Source: an uncultured Ruminococcus sp.
GTDB lineage: Bacteria; Bacillota; Clostridia; Oscillospirales; CAG-272
DNA length: 54,558 nt
Reading direction: 5' to 3'
NCBI GenBank assembly: GCA_964624685.1
Contig: CAZUYA010000005.1
Coordinates: 1 to 54,558, forward strand
In this document: in pieces, positions 33,537 to 43,260 of the stretch
How the letters are laid out: every line of letters begins with the position of its first letter
How positions within the stretch are numbered: position 1 is the first letter of the stretch
Made by a program: the position numbers and the translations under genes
The notes under the pieces: model-generated
Databases searched by the model: none
The model's input: the letters and a program-made list of their open reading frames with translations, nothing else
Told to the model about the DNA's origin: nothing

Positions 33537-34712
33537 TTATGAATCGAAAAGGGAAATATCCATATCAAAGGAGTCGCTTTTTTCAAAATCGCGAACCGCA
33601 TTGGAGTGGCTGTAAACGCTGTGCAACAATCCCAACATCAAAAATGTGGCAAGCATGGAAGAACCGCCGCAGGATAGCAAGGGGAGCGTGATGCCGATGA
33701 CGGGGAGCATGGCAAAACACATTCCGATGTTCAAAAGGATTTGTACGATGAGCATGGCACCGACACCGACGCAAATGAATCCGCCGTAGTCCGAGTGCCC
33801 GGCGGTGTGTGCAATCATAAAGACGCGAACGACCATGACGATGAAGATGATGATGACGACCGCACCGCCGAAAAAACCGAACTTTTCACAAATGGTGGCA
33901 TAGATAAAGTCGGTATGGGAGGCGGCAAGAATTTCATAATATTCTCCGCCGAAGATGCCGTTTCCGAACAGACCGCCGGCAGCAATTGCTTTTTTGCTTA
34001 ACAGAGGTTGCCAACTGTATCGGGAATCCGGAAAGTCCTCCGGATGAAATCCTACAATAATGCGTTGCTGTTGATAGTTCGAAAGCATATCCCAAAGGTA
34101 GGGAGACAGCAAAACGGCAATGACGGCGATGCCGATAAAATAGGCGGGGTGCAGTCCTGCGCAAAACAGCATGATGGCAACAATGGCGATGTAAACCAAT
34201 GCGACACCGAGATCACCGGATGCCAAGATCAATCCGACAATCAAAAGCGCATGAACGGCAAGTCCCAACACGGTCAGAGGTCGATTGATGTGATCCTGTA
34301 CGGTGAATAAATGCTTGGAGAAGGTACAGATGAAAGTGAATTTGACAAATTCCGAAGGTTGGATCATCATTCCGATCAGAGGGATTTTTAACCAACTTTT
34401 ATTGGATGTCTCCATATTTTCGCCGGAACTTCCAATCAGAAGTGTCAGCGCCAAAAGGATGATTGAGCCGACCAACATGTAAATCCAAAGTTTGTCTACC
34501 AATACCCGAAAATCAATGTTTGCCACCGCAACGGTTACAACAATGCCGACAATGAAGATAAAGATTTGCATTCGCAATTTGGATGCACCGAAGTTATCCA
34601 CCGCACCGTAGATGGTGGTGATGCTGATGATGGAAAGGAGCGTTGCGCAACCAAACAGAACGGGATCTACGCTGTGGATGGCGTCTGTGAGGATCTTCTT
34701 CAGTTTTTCCAT
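33537..34712 (-). CDS. SEDS-family peptidoglycan polymerase (RodA/FtsW/SpoVE)
   Basis: A ~10-TM protein with the typical SEDS C-terminus (LPLLSCGGSSMLATF). The start is re-called to MEKLKKIL (ATG 34712) with AAAGGAG 7 nt upstream. Confidence 0.85.
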   Translation of the reverse strand: MEKLKKILTDAIHSVDPVLFGCATLLSIISITTIYGAVDNFGASKLRMQIFIFIVGIVVTVAVANIDFRVLVDKLWIYMLVGSIILLALTLLIGSSGENMETSNKSWLKIPLIGMMIQPSEFVKFTFICTFSKHLFTVQDHINRPLTVLGLAVHALLIVGLILASGDLGVALVYIAIVAIMLFCAGLHPAYFIGIAVIAVLLSPYLWDMLSNYQQQRIIVGFHPEDFPDSRYSWQPLLSKKAIAAGGLFGNGIFGGEYYEILAASHTDFIYATICEKFGFFGGAVVIIIFIVMVVRVFMIAHTAGHSDYGGFICVGVGAMLIVQILLNIGMCFAMLPVIGITLPLLSCGGSSMLATFLMLGLLHSVYSHSNAVRDFEKSDSFDMDISLFDS

Positions 34713-34787
34713 GTATGCGCTCCTTTCTTCATTCAAAAGCAGAGTGGGGAAGAAGCTCTTGTCAACAGCTTCTTCCCACATTGTGAA

Positions 34788-36230
34788 TCAGTACTGTCTG
34801 CCCCAGATGACCATGTGGCGAGCAGGCTTTCCGCAACAAACGCAGGTGTCGCTCAAATGTTCTTCATGGAAGGGGATGCAACGGGATTTGACACCGCCTG
34901 TCACGTCTTTCAACTTCTCTTCGCATTCCGTCTCTCCGCACCACATCGCTTTAATGTAGCCGGATTTGTTGGCGGCAATTTCCAAAAATTCATCATAGGA
35001 ACGTGCTTCAAAGGTTCTTGCGGTACGGTTTTCCAATGCACGTTGGTACAGCTCATTGTGTATCGATTGCAACGCCTTTTCGACTTCCGCAACCAAATTG
35101 TCTAACGAAACAATTGTTTTTTCACGTGTGACACGGCTGACCAGAACACACGAATGGTTTTCAATGTCGCGCGGACCGATCTCCAAGCGGAGCGGAACCC
35201 CTTTCATTTCGTACTGTGCATATTTCCAACCGGTGGAGTTGTCGCTGTCGTCCAATTTAACGCGCAGCGTTTTGGAAAGTTGTGCTTTGATCTCGTTGGC
35301 TTTCTCCAATACGCCCTCTTTGTGCTGTGCAACCGGAATGATGACGACTTGGATGGGGGCGACACGCGGCGGCAAGATCAATCCGTTATCATCGCCGTGC
35401 GTCATGATGATGGCACCGATGGATCGTGTCGATAGTCCCCACGAGGTTTGGTGCGGGTATTTGAGCGTATTGTCGCGACCGGTAAATTGAATGTCGAATG
35501 CTTTGGAAAATCCGGTTCCGAAATAGTGCGAGGTACCGCCTTGCAATGCCACGCCGTTGTGCATCATCGGTTCGATGGTATAGGTTTCTTCCGCACCGGC
35601 AAATTTTTCTTTTTCGGTTTTGCGTCCCGTGTAGGCGGGAATTGCAAGTGCTTCAGCGTAAAAATCCTCATAAACTTTCAGCATCTGCTGTGTTTCGGCT
35701 CTTGCTTCTTCCTCTGTTTCGTGCATGGTGTGTCCTTCTTGCCAAAGGAACTCTGCCGTGCGCAGAAAGGGACGAGTGGTTTTTTCCCAACGGACAACGT
35801 TGCACCATTGATTATACAATTTGGGCAGGTCACGATAGGAGTGAATGACGTTCCGGAAATGTTCGCAGAAGAGCGTTTCCGAAGTTGGGCGGACGATCAA
35901 ACGTTCTTGCAGAGGATTTTGACCGCCGATGGTGACGATGGCGCATTCCGGTGCAAATCCTTCCACGTGATCTTTCTCTTTTTGCAAAAGAGATTCCGGA
36001 ATGAACATGGGCATGTAAACGTTTTCATGTCCCAGTGCCTTAAAACGCGCGTCCAGATCTTTCTGAATATTTTCCCAGATGGCGTAACCGTAGGGGCGGA
36101 AGATCATACATCCTTTTACGCCGGAGTAGTCTGCCAATTCGGCTTTTTTTACCACATCGGTGTACCATTGTGCAAAATCCACATCCATGGAAGTAATTTG
36201 GTCTACCATTTTCTCATTGTTCTTTGCCAT
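34788..36230 (-). CDS. proS: Proline--tRNA ligase (archaeal/eukaryote-like short form)
   Basis: MAKNNEKMV...[35 protein letters not shown]. 480 aa with a C-terminal Zn-like CGETECE...CVCCG. Confidence 0.9.
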   Translation of the reverse strand: MAKNNEKMVDQITSMDVDFAQWYTDVVKKAELADYSGVKGCMIFRPYGYAIWENIQKDLDARFKALGHENVYMPMFIPESLLQKEKDHVEGFAPECAIVTIGGQNPLQERLIVRPTSETLFCEHFRNVIHSYRDLPKLYNQWCNVVRWEKTTRPFLRTAEFLWQEGHTMHETEEEARAETQQMLKVYEDFYAEALAIPAYTGRKTEKEKFAGAEETYTIEPMMHNGVALQGGTSHYFGTGFSKAFDIQFTGRDNTLKYPHQTSWGLSTRSIGAIIMTHGDDNGLILPPRVAPIQVVIIPVAQHKEGVLEKANEIKAQLSKTLRVKLDDSDNSTGWKYAQYEMKGVPLRLEIGPRDIENHSCVLVSRVTREKTIVSLDNLVAEVEKALQSIHNELYQRALENRTARTFEARSYDEFLEIAANKSGYIKAMWCGETECEEKLKDVTGGVKSRCIPFHEEHLSDTCVCCGKPARHMVIWGRQY

Positions 36231-36295
36231 AACATCCTCGTCTTTCTGTGATACGGAACATGAGAGCCCGTATCCTTTTTATCACTGTTATCATT

Positions 36296-36324
36296 ATTAT
36301 AACGCACGGGACGAAAAATGTCAA
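36296..36324 (-). promoter_or_regulatory. Perfect-consensus promoter for proS
   Basis: On the minus strand: TTGACA (36324-36319), 17 nt, TATAAT (36301-36296). Confidence 0.75.
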
Positions 36325-36431
36325 GTGCTTTTTGTTATTTTGAGACGGCAAACTCACGGTGCTGCAAAGGATGGATGTAAACCGATAGTACAGTTTTGCT
36401 CTTCTTTTATAACTTGTTCTCTTCTATGCAG

Positions 36432-36477
36432 AAAAAACGTTCACTCCTTGGCTTTTGCCTTGGTGTGAACGTTTTTT
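36432..36477 (-). terminator. Rho-independent terminator after ftsK
   Basis: On the minus strand: AAAAAACGTTCACACCAAGGC, loop AAAA, GCCAAGGAGTGAACGTTTTTT. Confidence 0.85.
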
Positions 36478-36550
36478 GTCTACAGTCTGAGGTTTCCCTT
36501 AAGCTACTTCAACAGCTTGGGGAAACTTGTTTGTTCGTTAGATGCGGCAA

Positions 36551-39500
36551 TTAAGTTTCACCGGCATCGGTATGATCGACAAATTTTGCCATGTATTCTT
36601 CCGGTGTAATGAGAATGGTACGCGGCTTTGAACCGTCGGGGGGGGAGACCAAGCCATCGGACTGCATGCGGTCGATCAGTTTTGCGGCACGGCTGTACCC
36701 AATTTCCAATTTTCGTTGGAGCAGCGACGTTGAGATCCGTTTTTCTTCAACGGCAATGCGCACGGCATCGGCATATTTGCTGTCGGATTTGTCGCCGCCG
36801 GCGTCTTCTCCTCCGGATGACGGTACAAACTCTCCGCCGCCTCTTCCTTTGTTACCGCATTGCGCGGCAAGTTCCTTGAGTTTGGAAATAAACTTTTCGT
36901 CGTATTCGGCGTTTCCGTTGGTTACTCGGATAAATTCACAGATTTTTTCCACTTCCTTATCATCGACAAAAGCCCCCTGAACACGTGTATCACGCATGGA
37001 TCCGATGGGAACAAAGAGCATGTCGCCCCGTCCCGTCAAAGCTTCCGCTCCGATGTGGTCGAGAATGACGCGGGAATCCACTTGTGATTTGACGGCAAAT
37101 GCAATGCGAGACGGAACGTTGGATTTGATCAAGCCCGTCACGACATCGGCAGAAGGACGCTGGGTACCGATGATGAGGTGCATTCCGGCGGCACGTGCCT
37201 TTTGGGCAATGCGGCAGATGGCGGTTTCCACTTCATCGCGCGCGGTCATCATCAAATCGGCAAGCTCGTCGATGATAATGACGATGTGCGGCAGTGTCGG
37301 CATATCGGGGTCATCGGCGGTGGCGGCATTATAGCCTTTCAGATCGCGCACGCCGACCGTTTCAAAAAGCTCAAACCGACGTTCCATTTCTTCCACGGAC
37401 GCTTGAAGTGCGCCGGCGGCATCTTTTGGCGTCGTGACGACGGGAGCCATCAGGTGCGGAATATTTTTGTAGATGCTGAATTCCACTTTTTTGGGATCGA
37501 TCATGACCAATTTGACTTCGTCGGGTGTTGCCTTGTAAAGCAAGCTCATAACGATGCAGTTGATGCAAACGGATTTACCGCTTCCCGTGGTACCGGCAAT
37601 CAAAAGGTGAGGCATTTTTGCAATATCAAAGATCAACGGTTCTCCGGCAATTCCGGCACCCAAACAAGCGGTCAACTTGTTTTTGGATTCGGTGAACGCT
37701 TTGGATTCGATCAATTCGCGGAGATAGATGGTACTGCGCGTTTTATTGGGCACCTCGATGCCGACCGAGTTTGTTCCGGGAATCGGTGCCTCGATGCGGA
37801 TTCCACCGGATGCACGCAAAGCCAAAGCGATGTCATCGGATAGATTCGTAATGGTACGCACTCGAACTCCCGCGGCGGGGGTGATCTCATATCGTGTGAC
37901 GGTGGGACCGCAAGAATAACGGATGTTGTCTTCGATTCCGACATGGAAGCTTTTCAGTGTGGCTGCCAGTGCTTCCATGTTTGCCTGAAGTTCGGCGATA
38001 TTTTCCTCCGTCATCGGTTCGCCGGGATGCAGATAGGAAATGGGCGGGAATACATACCTCTTGGATGTGTGTTTGGAAACATTGTTCGGCACCGGAGAAG
38101 CGGTTTTGGTTGCGTTGGCGGTGCCGTCGACTGCCTTTTTCTCCGATTCGGAAGGTTTGGCGGCTTTTGTCCGCTGAATTGGAACTTGCTGTGCTTCCAA
38201 TTTTTCAAATTCCTCGTTGCTCAATCCAAAATCGTGATTCTGTGGTTTTGCTTGACGGAACGTCGGTTTTTCGGCGGTATGCGGCAATTTCGGTAACGGC
38301 TTGCCGTTTTGCGCGTCGGAGGGGGCGGCAGAAGGAGATGGCGTCGGTTTGGCGACTTCCGGTTGCCGACGAACCGTTCCGGATGCCGAGCGCACCGCAC
38401 CGTCTGGAACGGCAGGTTTGCCGTTGCTTGCCGTGGGTGACGGCTGTTTGTCGATTGCCGGCGGAACTTCCGGAGGAACGGGAGCATGATGTTGCGGAGC
38501 CGGAGTATCGGTATCATCCAAATCAATAAAAACGGATTTCAAATCGAAGTTACGATCAGTGCGGGGAATTCGACGCATTTGACGGTTCTCACCGGTACGC
38601 GGAAAGATCGGTTCCACTGCCGCGTCGCGATTTTCAGCCGGGTTGATCGGAGTTTCTTCGGAATGATTTTTTGAATTGACGGTTGCGGCTTGCTTTTTTG
38701 CATGCAATTCTGCTCGGAATGCCTCGTACTCGGCAGCAGTCTGTTCGCGTTCTGCATTTGCCATGCGTTCGTTGACAACGGATGGAACAAAGACTTCTTC
38801 TCCGTCATTGGGATCTAAGTGCGGTTGCGGCATGGGAGCAATTTTATCGGAAGATTTTTTGGCGGGTGCGGGATGCACAATACGCACGGCACCAAGCGGT
38901 GCTTCCGTTTCAAAATCGGATTCTCCTCCTCCTTCTTCCACGGTGATTTGTTTGGCTGTTGTACGGCGAATTTTTTCTTCCATCTTTGCGCGATTTTCAG
39001 CTTCTTCGGCACTTTGCTCGGAATAAGAAGGATTCCGTTTGGCACGGAGTTGACGACGATTCCGTATATGGTTCCACAGGTGTTGCGGTGTCATTCCGAG
39101 AAAATAGAACAGGGACGCACCAAGCAACAGAAATCCGATGATAAAGGCACCGGTGTAGTGACACAGACTGAACAGCAGGTATCCGATGGTGCCGCCAACG
39201 ACGCCACCGCCGGTCATTTTGGTACCGTGTTCCATCAATTCTCCGATTGTAAATTCATGCCCGTTCAAAGGAATCAGGCAAAAAACATGAATGACGGATG
39301 CGAGCGTAACGAGAAAGAGAAGGGAGGCAATCGTTTTGGCGATGACAAGCTTGTTATCAATGTAACGTTTCCAAAAGACCGCCATGTTTAGCAGGAGCAG
39401 GGGGAGTGTAAAGACTGCCGGTCCGAATGTGCCGAACAAAACATAACAGATAGAATATCCGACAACGCCCATCCAGTGTGCTGACGGGTTGGAGGCGAGT

Positions 39501-40018
39501 TTGTTTTCGGCATTGCAAAACAAATTGAGTAGCAAAGATACACCGATAAAGAGAGCCAATGCAAACAAAACAAACGGAATGATCTTATGCGCCGGACGTG
39601 CCGAACGAGGCAAATCCAACTCGATTTGCGTCTCTTCTTTTTTCTTGGCGTTCGGTGTACTTTTTCTCGGTGCGGCAGTCGATGCATGAATCCGTTCTCC
39701 GCCGACATCCGACTTTTTCCCGGTTCCGGCGGTTGCGGGATCGGTTTTCTTTTTTTCGGTGTTCGGTTCCGTTGCTTTCGATGCGGTTGAAGCAGTTGCA
39801 GCTGTTTTTTGAGTACGCCGGCTCGGTTCGGCGTTTGGAATATCTTCGTGAGTTGAGGTCGGCTTTGTTTCGGAAAGCTTTGGAGCATCCGATGAATTGA
39901 CGTAGGATGCGTTTTTTTCGTTACCGAACGGCTGGTCATAGGCATTGCTTCTTTTTTTCTTTTGGGAAGGAGGCGATTCCTGTTTGTTCTGATTCGGCGT
40001 TGGTTTTTGGTCTGCCAT
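36551..40018 (-). CDS. ftsK: DNA translocase FtsK/SpoIIIE with a long P/A/K-rich N-terminus and linker
   Basis: Walker A GTTGSGKS and a C-terminal gamma wHTH (LLQRKLEIGYSRAAKLIDRMQSDGLV). The start is re-called to MADQKPT (ATG 40018), since the promoter at 40087-40115 excludes the ORF-track start. Confidence 0.85.
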   Translation of the reverse strand: MADQKPTPNQNKQESPPSQKKKRSNAYDQPFGNEKNASYVNSSDAPKLSETKPTSTHEDIPNAEPSRRTQKTAATASTASKATEPNTEKKKTDPATAGTGKKSDVGGERIHASTAAPRKSTPNAKKKEETQIELDLPRSARPAHKIIPFVLFALALFIGVSLLLNLFCNAENKLASNPSAHWMGVVGYSICYVLFGTFGPAVFTLPLLLLNMAVFWKRYIDNKLVIAKTIASLLFLVTLASVIHVFCLIPLNGHEFTIGELMEHGTKMTGGGVVGGTIGYLLFSLCHYTGAFIIGFLLLGASLFYFLGMTPQHLWNHIRNRRQLRAKRNPSYSEQSAEEAENRAKMEEKIRRTTAKQITVEEGGGESDFETEAPLGAVRIVHPAPAKKSSDKIAPMPQPHLDPNDGEEVFVPSVVNERMANAEREQTAAEYEAFRAELHAKKQAATVNSKNHSEETPINPAENRDAAVEPIFPRTGENRQMRRIPRTDRNFDLKSVFIDLDDTDTPAPQHHAPVPPEVPPAIDKQPSPTASNGKPAVPDGAVRSASGTVRRQPEVAKPTPSPSAAPSDAQNGKPLPKLPHTAEKPTFRQAKPQNHDFGLSNEEFEKLEAQQVPIQRTKAAKPSESEKKAVDGTANATKTASPVPNNVSKHTSKRYVFPPISYLHPGEPMTEENIAELQANMEALAATLKSFHVGIEDNIRYSCGPTVTRYEITPAAGVRVRTITNLSDDIALALRASGGIRIEAPIPGTNSVGIEVPNKTRSTIYLRELIESKAFTESKNKLTACLGAGIAGEPLIFDIAKMPHLLIAGTTGSGKSVCINCIVMSLLYKATPDEVKLVMIDPKKVEFSIYKNIPHLMAPVVTTPKDAAGALQASVEEMERRFELFETVGVRDLKGYNAATADDPDMPTLPHIVIIIDELADLMMTARDEVETAICRIAQKARAAGMHLIIGTQRPSADVVTGLIKSNVPSRIAFAVKSQVDSRVILDHIGAEALTGRGDMLFVPIGSMRDTRVQGAFVDDKEVEKICEFIRVTNGNAEYDEKFISKLKELAAQCGNKGRGGGEFVPSSGGEDAGGDKSDSKYADAVRIAVEEKRISTSLLQRKLEIGYSRAAKLIDRMQSDGLVSPPDGSKPRTILITPEEYMAKFVDHTDAGET

Positions 40019-40086
40019 TTTATGATTGATCCTTTCTTTGGATGGATTGTAGACTTCGGATGGAAATTGAAACTCTTCCATTCTAT

Positions 40087-40115
40087 AGTATATCATTTTC
40101 GCACGCAAATTTCAA
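40087..40115 (-). promoter_or_regulatory. Sigma-A type promoter for ftsK
   Basis: On the minus strand: TTGAAA (40115-40110), 17 nt, TATACT (40092-40087). Confidence 0.6.
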
Positions 40116-40231
40116 GAGTTGCAGAAAAGTTTTCTGAAGTTTTTTATAAAGCATTGTCGAAAACTGAATGAAAAAACGCAACGGTCGATTCAATTTGCGC
40201 ATATATTCTACTTTTTTGAAACTATTTTATA

Positions 40232-40260
40232 TTGTATTTTCGTTTATGATGTGCTATAAT
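40232..40260 (+). promoter_or_regulatory. Sigma-A type promoter for the GH2 gene
   Basis: TTGTAT, 17 nt, TGC-TATAAT (40255-40260). Confidence 0.6.
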
Positions 40261-40312
40261 GAAGATGTGAGTTTACGCGCCGAGCGTTGAAAAAATGAAA
40301 GGAAGTATGGCG

Positions 40313-42067
40313 ATGATGAATCTTCAAAACAATATCGGATGTCCTCGTGCCGAGCATCCGAATCCTCAATGGGAAAGAACAAACTGGAAAAACCTCAACG
40401 GTGAATGGATGTTTGAAATTGACCGTGCAAAGAGCGGAGAAGCACGCGGTTTGCAAAAGAGCAACACGTTGTCCGGCAAAATCATTGTCCCGTTTTGCCC
40501 GGAATCCGAGCTTTCCGGCGTCCATGATCGGGATTTTATGGAATGTGTCTGGTACAAGCGGAAATTGGAATTTTCAACGGAGGAACTGGAGGAACGCCGT
40601 GTATTGTTACACATCGGTGCGGCAGACTTTGAGACACACCTTTGGGTGAACGGTCAAAAGATCGGGATGCCTCATTTCGGCGGCTTTACGCCGATGGAAT
40701 ACGATGTGACCGATGCATTGACTGTGGGAGAAAACATTGTCACGATTGCATGTTACGATGATACCCGTGCACCCTATCAGGCAGGGGGAAAACAAAGTGA
40801 TCGTTATGCTTCTTACGGTTGCTATTATACCCGCACGACCGGAATTTGGCAGACCGTATGGATTGAGTCCGTACCTACTGACTACATTCGATATGCGCGC
40901 CTGTTGCCGGATGCGGCAAATGCTTCCGTAACCGTATTGACCGAATTGTGCGGAGAAGGTACGCTGTCGGCAGAGATCTATTATGACGGAAAAAAGGTGG
41001 GGGAAGCCTCCAAACAAAATGTGAGCGTAACGGGAAGTTTGGAAATCCGACTTTCCGAAACCCATTTGTGGGAGTTGGGATGCGGTCGGCTGTATGACGT
41101 TTATTTGCACTATGGCGAGGATACGGTCAAAACTTATTTTGGTTTGCGGACGGTCGAATTGAAGGACGGCAAATTCCTTCTCAACGGAAAGAGCGTCTTC
41201 CAGCGGTTGATCTTGGATCAAGGGTTCTATGCGGACGGTATTTGGACAGCACCCGATGAAGCGGCGTTGATTCGCGATATTGAATGCAGTCTGTCGGCAG
41301 GCTTTAACGGTGCGCGCTTGCATCAAAAAGTGTTTGAACCGCGGTTTCTCTATCACTGTGACCGCTTGGGCTATATGGTTTGGGGCGAATACGGCAGCTG
41401 GGGCATCGACCATTCCGACATTGCCAATCTGCCCGTCTTTTTGAGCGATTGGTTGGCTGAAGTTCGTCGCGATTGCAATCATCCGGCTATCATCGGTTGG
41501 TGTCCGCTGAATGAGACATGGGATCACGGTCTGCAATGCAAGCGGCAGGATCCCGCGTTTTTACGGATGTTGTACGAGCAGACCAAACTTGCCGATCCGA
41601 CTCGTCCGTGCATTGATACCAGCGGAAACTATCATGTTGTGACGGATATTTTTGATGTTCATGATTATGACCAAAATCCGGAGAGTTTCAAGGAACATTA
41701 CGATCGGCTGTTCACGGAAAATCAACTCTACGATCGGCTTTCGGAACGTCAAACGTGGAAGGGTGAACCGATCTTTGTTTCTGAATACGGAGGCATCGGT
41801 TTCCGCCTTCCGGAAACGGATGATGCACGGCATGTTGCATGGAGCTATGGAAATGCTACCACCAGTTATGAAGAATTTTATGCCCGTTACAAAGGATTGA
41901 CCGATGCGCTGTTGGATAATCCCCGTATGCTCGGATTTTGCTATACACAGCTGACCGATGTGGAGCAGGAGCAAAACGGATTGTTTACTTATCGGGACAG
42001 AAAACCAAAATTTGATTTGCGCATCCTGTCAGAGATCAATCGACGCAAAGCGGCAATCGAGGATTGA
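40313..42067 (+). CDS. Glycoside hydrolase family 2 protein
   Basis: Acid/base region NHPAIIGWCPLNE, nucleophile region IFVSEYGG, C-terminus GLFTYRDRKPKF. The start is ambiguous among ATG 40295, 40307 and 40313; 40313 has the best spacing to AAAGGAAG. Confidence 0.8.
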   Translation: MMNLQNNIGCPRAEHPNPQWERTNWKNLNGEWMFEIDRAKSGEARGLQKSNTLSGKIIVPFCPESELSGVHDRDFMECVWYKRKLEFSTEELEERRVLLHIGAADFETHLWVNGQKIGMPHFGGFTPMEYDVTDALTVGENIVTIACYDDTRAPYQAGGKQSDRYASYGCYYTRTTGIWQTVWIESVPTDYIRYARLLPDAANASVTVLTELCGEGTLSAEIYYDGKKVGEASKQNVSVTGSLEIRLSETHLWELGCGRLYDVYLHYGEDTVKTYFGLRTVELKDGKFLLNGKSVFQRLILDQGFYADGIWTAPDEAALIRDIECSLSAGFNGARLHQKVFEPRFLYHCDRLGYMVWGEYGSWGIDHSDIANLPVFLSDWLAEVRRDCNHPAIIGWCPLNETWDHGLQCKRQDPAFLRMLYEQTKLADPTRPCIDTSGNYHVVTDIFDVHDYDQNPESFKEHYDRLFTENQLYDRLSERQTWKGEPIFVSEYGGIGFRLPETDDARHVAWSYGNATTSYEEFYARYKGLTDALLDNPRMLGFCYTQLTDVEQEQNGLFTYRDRKPKFDLRILSEINRRKAAIED

Positions 42068-42083
42068 CCGCGCGGATAACATT

Positions 42084-42125
42084 GGCGAGCCGACCGCAAC
42101 CGTCGTCGGCTCGCCGTTTTCGTTT
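42084..42125 (+). terminator. Rho-independent terminator
   Basis: GGCGAGCCGAC, 10-nt loop, GTCGGCTCGCC, then GTTTTCGTTT. Confidence 0.8.
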
Positions 42126-42213
42126 GCGGATGACTGTTCAAGCAAGTTTTGCGGTGAGGTACGGGCGGCGGTTTGCGGTGTGAAAAAAAGTCGATGAAAA
42201 AGCGAAAAACACC

Positions 42214-42242
42214 TTGACAGAATGCCCAAATTGGTGTAAAAT
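42214..42242 (+). promoter_or_regulatory. Sigma-A type promoter for eda-kdgK
   Basis: TTGACA (42214-42219), 17 nt, TAAAAT (42237-42242). Confidence 0.7.
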
Positions 42243-42279
42243 TGTATATGTAGAAAAATTTGCTTTGGAGGATACAAAA

Positions 42280-43236
42280 GTGAACGAAGTAATCAAGCAA
42301 CTTTCTTTGATCGGAATTGTTCCGGTGATTAAAATCGACGATGCCAAAGATGCGGCACCGTTGGCAAAAGCTTTGATCGACGGTGGTTTGCCGTGCGCCG
42401 AGGTTACCTTCCGCACAGCTGCCGCAAAAGAAGCGATCTCCGTGATTTCCAAGGAATATCCGGATATGATCGTCGGTGCCGGTACGGTTTTGACAACGGC
42501 ACAGGTAGATGATGCCATCGAGGCGGGGGCAAAATTTATCGTCAGTCCCGGTTTGAATCCGGAGATCGTAAAATATTGCATTTCCAAAGGATGTCCCATT
42601 GTCCCCGGAATCAATAATCCCAGCGGAATCGAACAGGCTTTGACATTGGGGCTGGATGTTGTCAAGTTTTTCCCGGCTGAGCAGTCCGGCGGTTTGAATA
42701 TGATCAAGGCGATGTCGGCACCTTATGGCGGCGTCAAATTTATGCCGACAGGCGGCGTAAATCCCGCCAATGTTTGTGACTATTTGGCAAACCCGAAGAT
42801 CGTTTGTTGCGGCGGTAGCTGGATGGTTAAGCCGGAGATGATTGCGGCAGGTGATTTTGCGGGAATCGAAAAATTGGTTCGTGAAGCGGTGGATACCATG
42901 TTAGGATTGCAATTCCGTCATGTCGGCATCAATCCGTGCGGCAGTACTTCCGGAGAGGCGGCAAATGCGTTGGCATCCGCATTCTCTTTCCAACCGCGTG
43001 AAACTTCAAAGTCCGTTTTCTCCGGCTCTGCACTGGAGTTGATGAACGAAAAAGGTCCGGGTACACACGGACACATTGCAATTGCAACCAATAACGTTGA
43101 TCGTGCGGTTTATCATCTTTCCCGCCGCGGTGTTCGCTTTGACCTTTCCACCGCAACGTATGATGCAACCGGTGCGATGAAGTTTGTTTATTTGGCAGAT
43201 GAAATCAACGGTTTTGCATACCATTTGGTAAAATAA
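42280..43236 (+). CDS. eda: KDPG/KHG aldolase (Eda) fused to a C-terminal VOC/glyoxalase-like domain
   Basis: The Eda part includes the VKFFPAE Schiff-base Lys region. About 120 extra C-terminal residues (LQFRHVGINP...GHIAIATNNVDRAVYHL...FAYHLV) look VOC-like. GTG start with GGAGG 8 nt upstream. Confidence 0.75.
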   Translation: MNEVIKQLSLIGIVPVIKIDDAKDAAPLAKALIDGGLPCAEVTFRTAAAKEAISVISKEYPDMIVGAGTVLTTAQVDDAIEAGAKFIVSPGLNPEIVKYCISKGCPIVPGINNPSGIEQALTLGLDVVKFFPAEQSGGLNMIKAMSAPYGGVKFMPTGGVNPANVCDYLANPKIVCCGGSWMVKPEMIAAGDFAGIEKLVREAVDTMLGLQFRHVGINPCGSTSGEAANALASAFSFQPRETSKSVFSGSALELMNEKGPGTHGHIAIATNNVDRAVYHLSRRGVRFDLSTATYDATGAMKFVYLADEINGFAYHLVK

Positions 43237-43260
43237 AAAATTACAGGAGAAAAACAGATC

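Noticed and set aside
36231-36324. A T-box riboswitch upstream of proS, which is common for aminoacyl-tRNA synthetase genes in Firmicutes
   Set aside because: The consensus promoter at 36296-36324 leaves only a ~65-nt leader containing one small hairpin (GATACGG...CCGTATC). There is no T-box sequence, specifier loop or terminator/antiterminator pair.
40079-40108. Longer FtsK N-termini starting at ATG 40108 or ATG 40081
   Set aside because: ATG 40108 lies inside the TTGAAA-17-TATACT promoter. ATG 40081 would sit at about the transcription start and could only work as a leaderless start. ATG 40018 has an upstream AAAGGA and is preferred, although the leaderless option is not excluded.
40313-42067. 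Calling the GH2 enzyme a beta-glucuronidase because it sits next to eda-kdgK
   Set aside because: The GUS-specific N-x-K motif region reads TDVEQEQNGLFT, with no NxK. A terminator (42084-42125) and a separate promoter also split it from eda-kdgK. I leave it as generic GH2.
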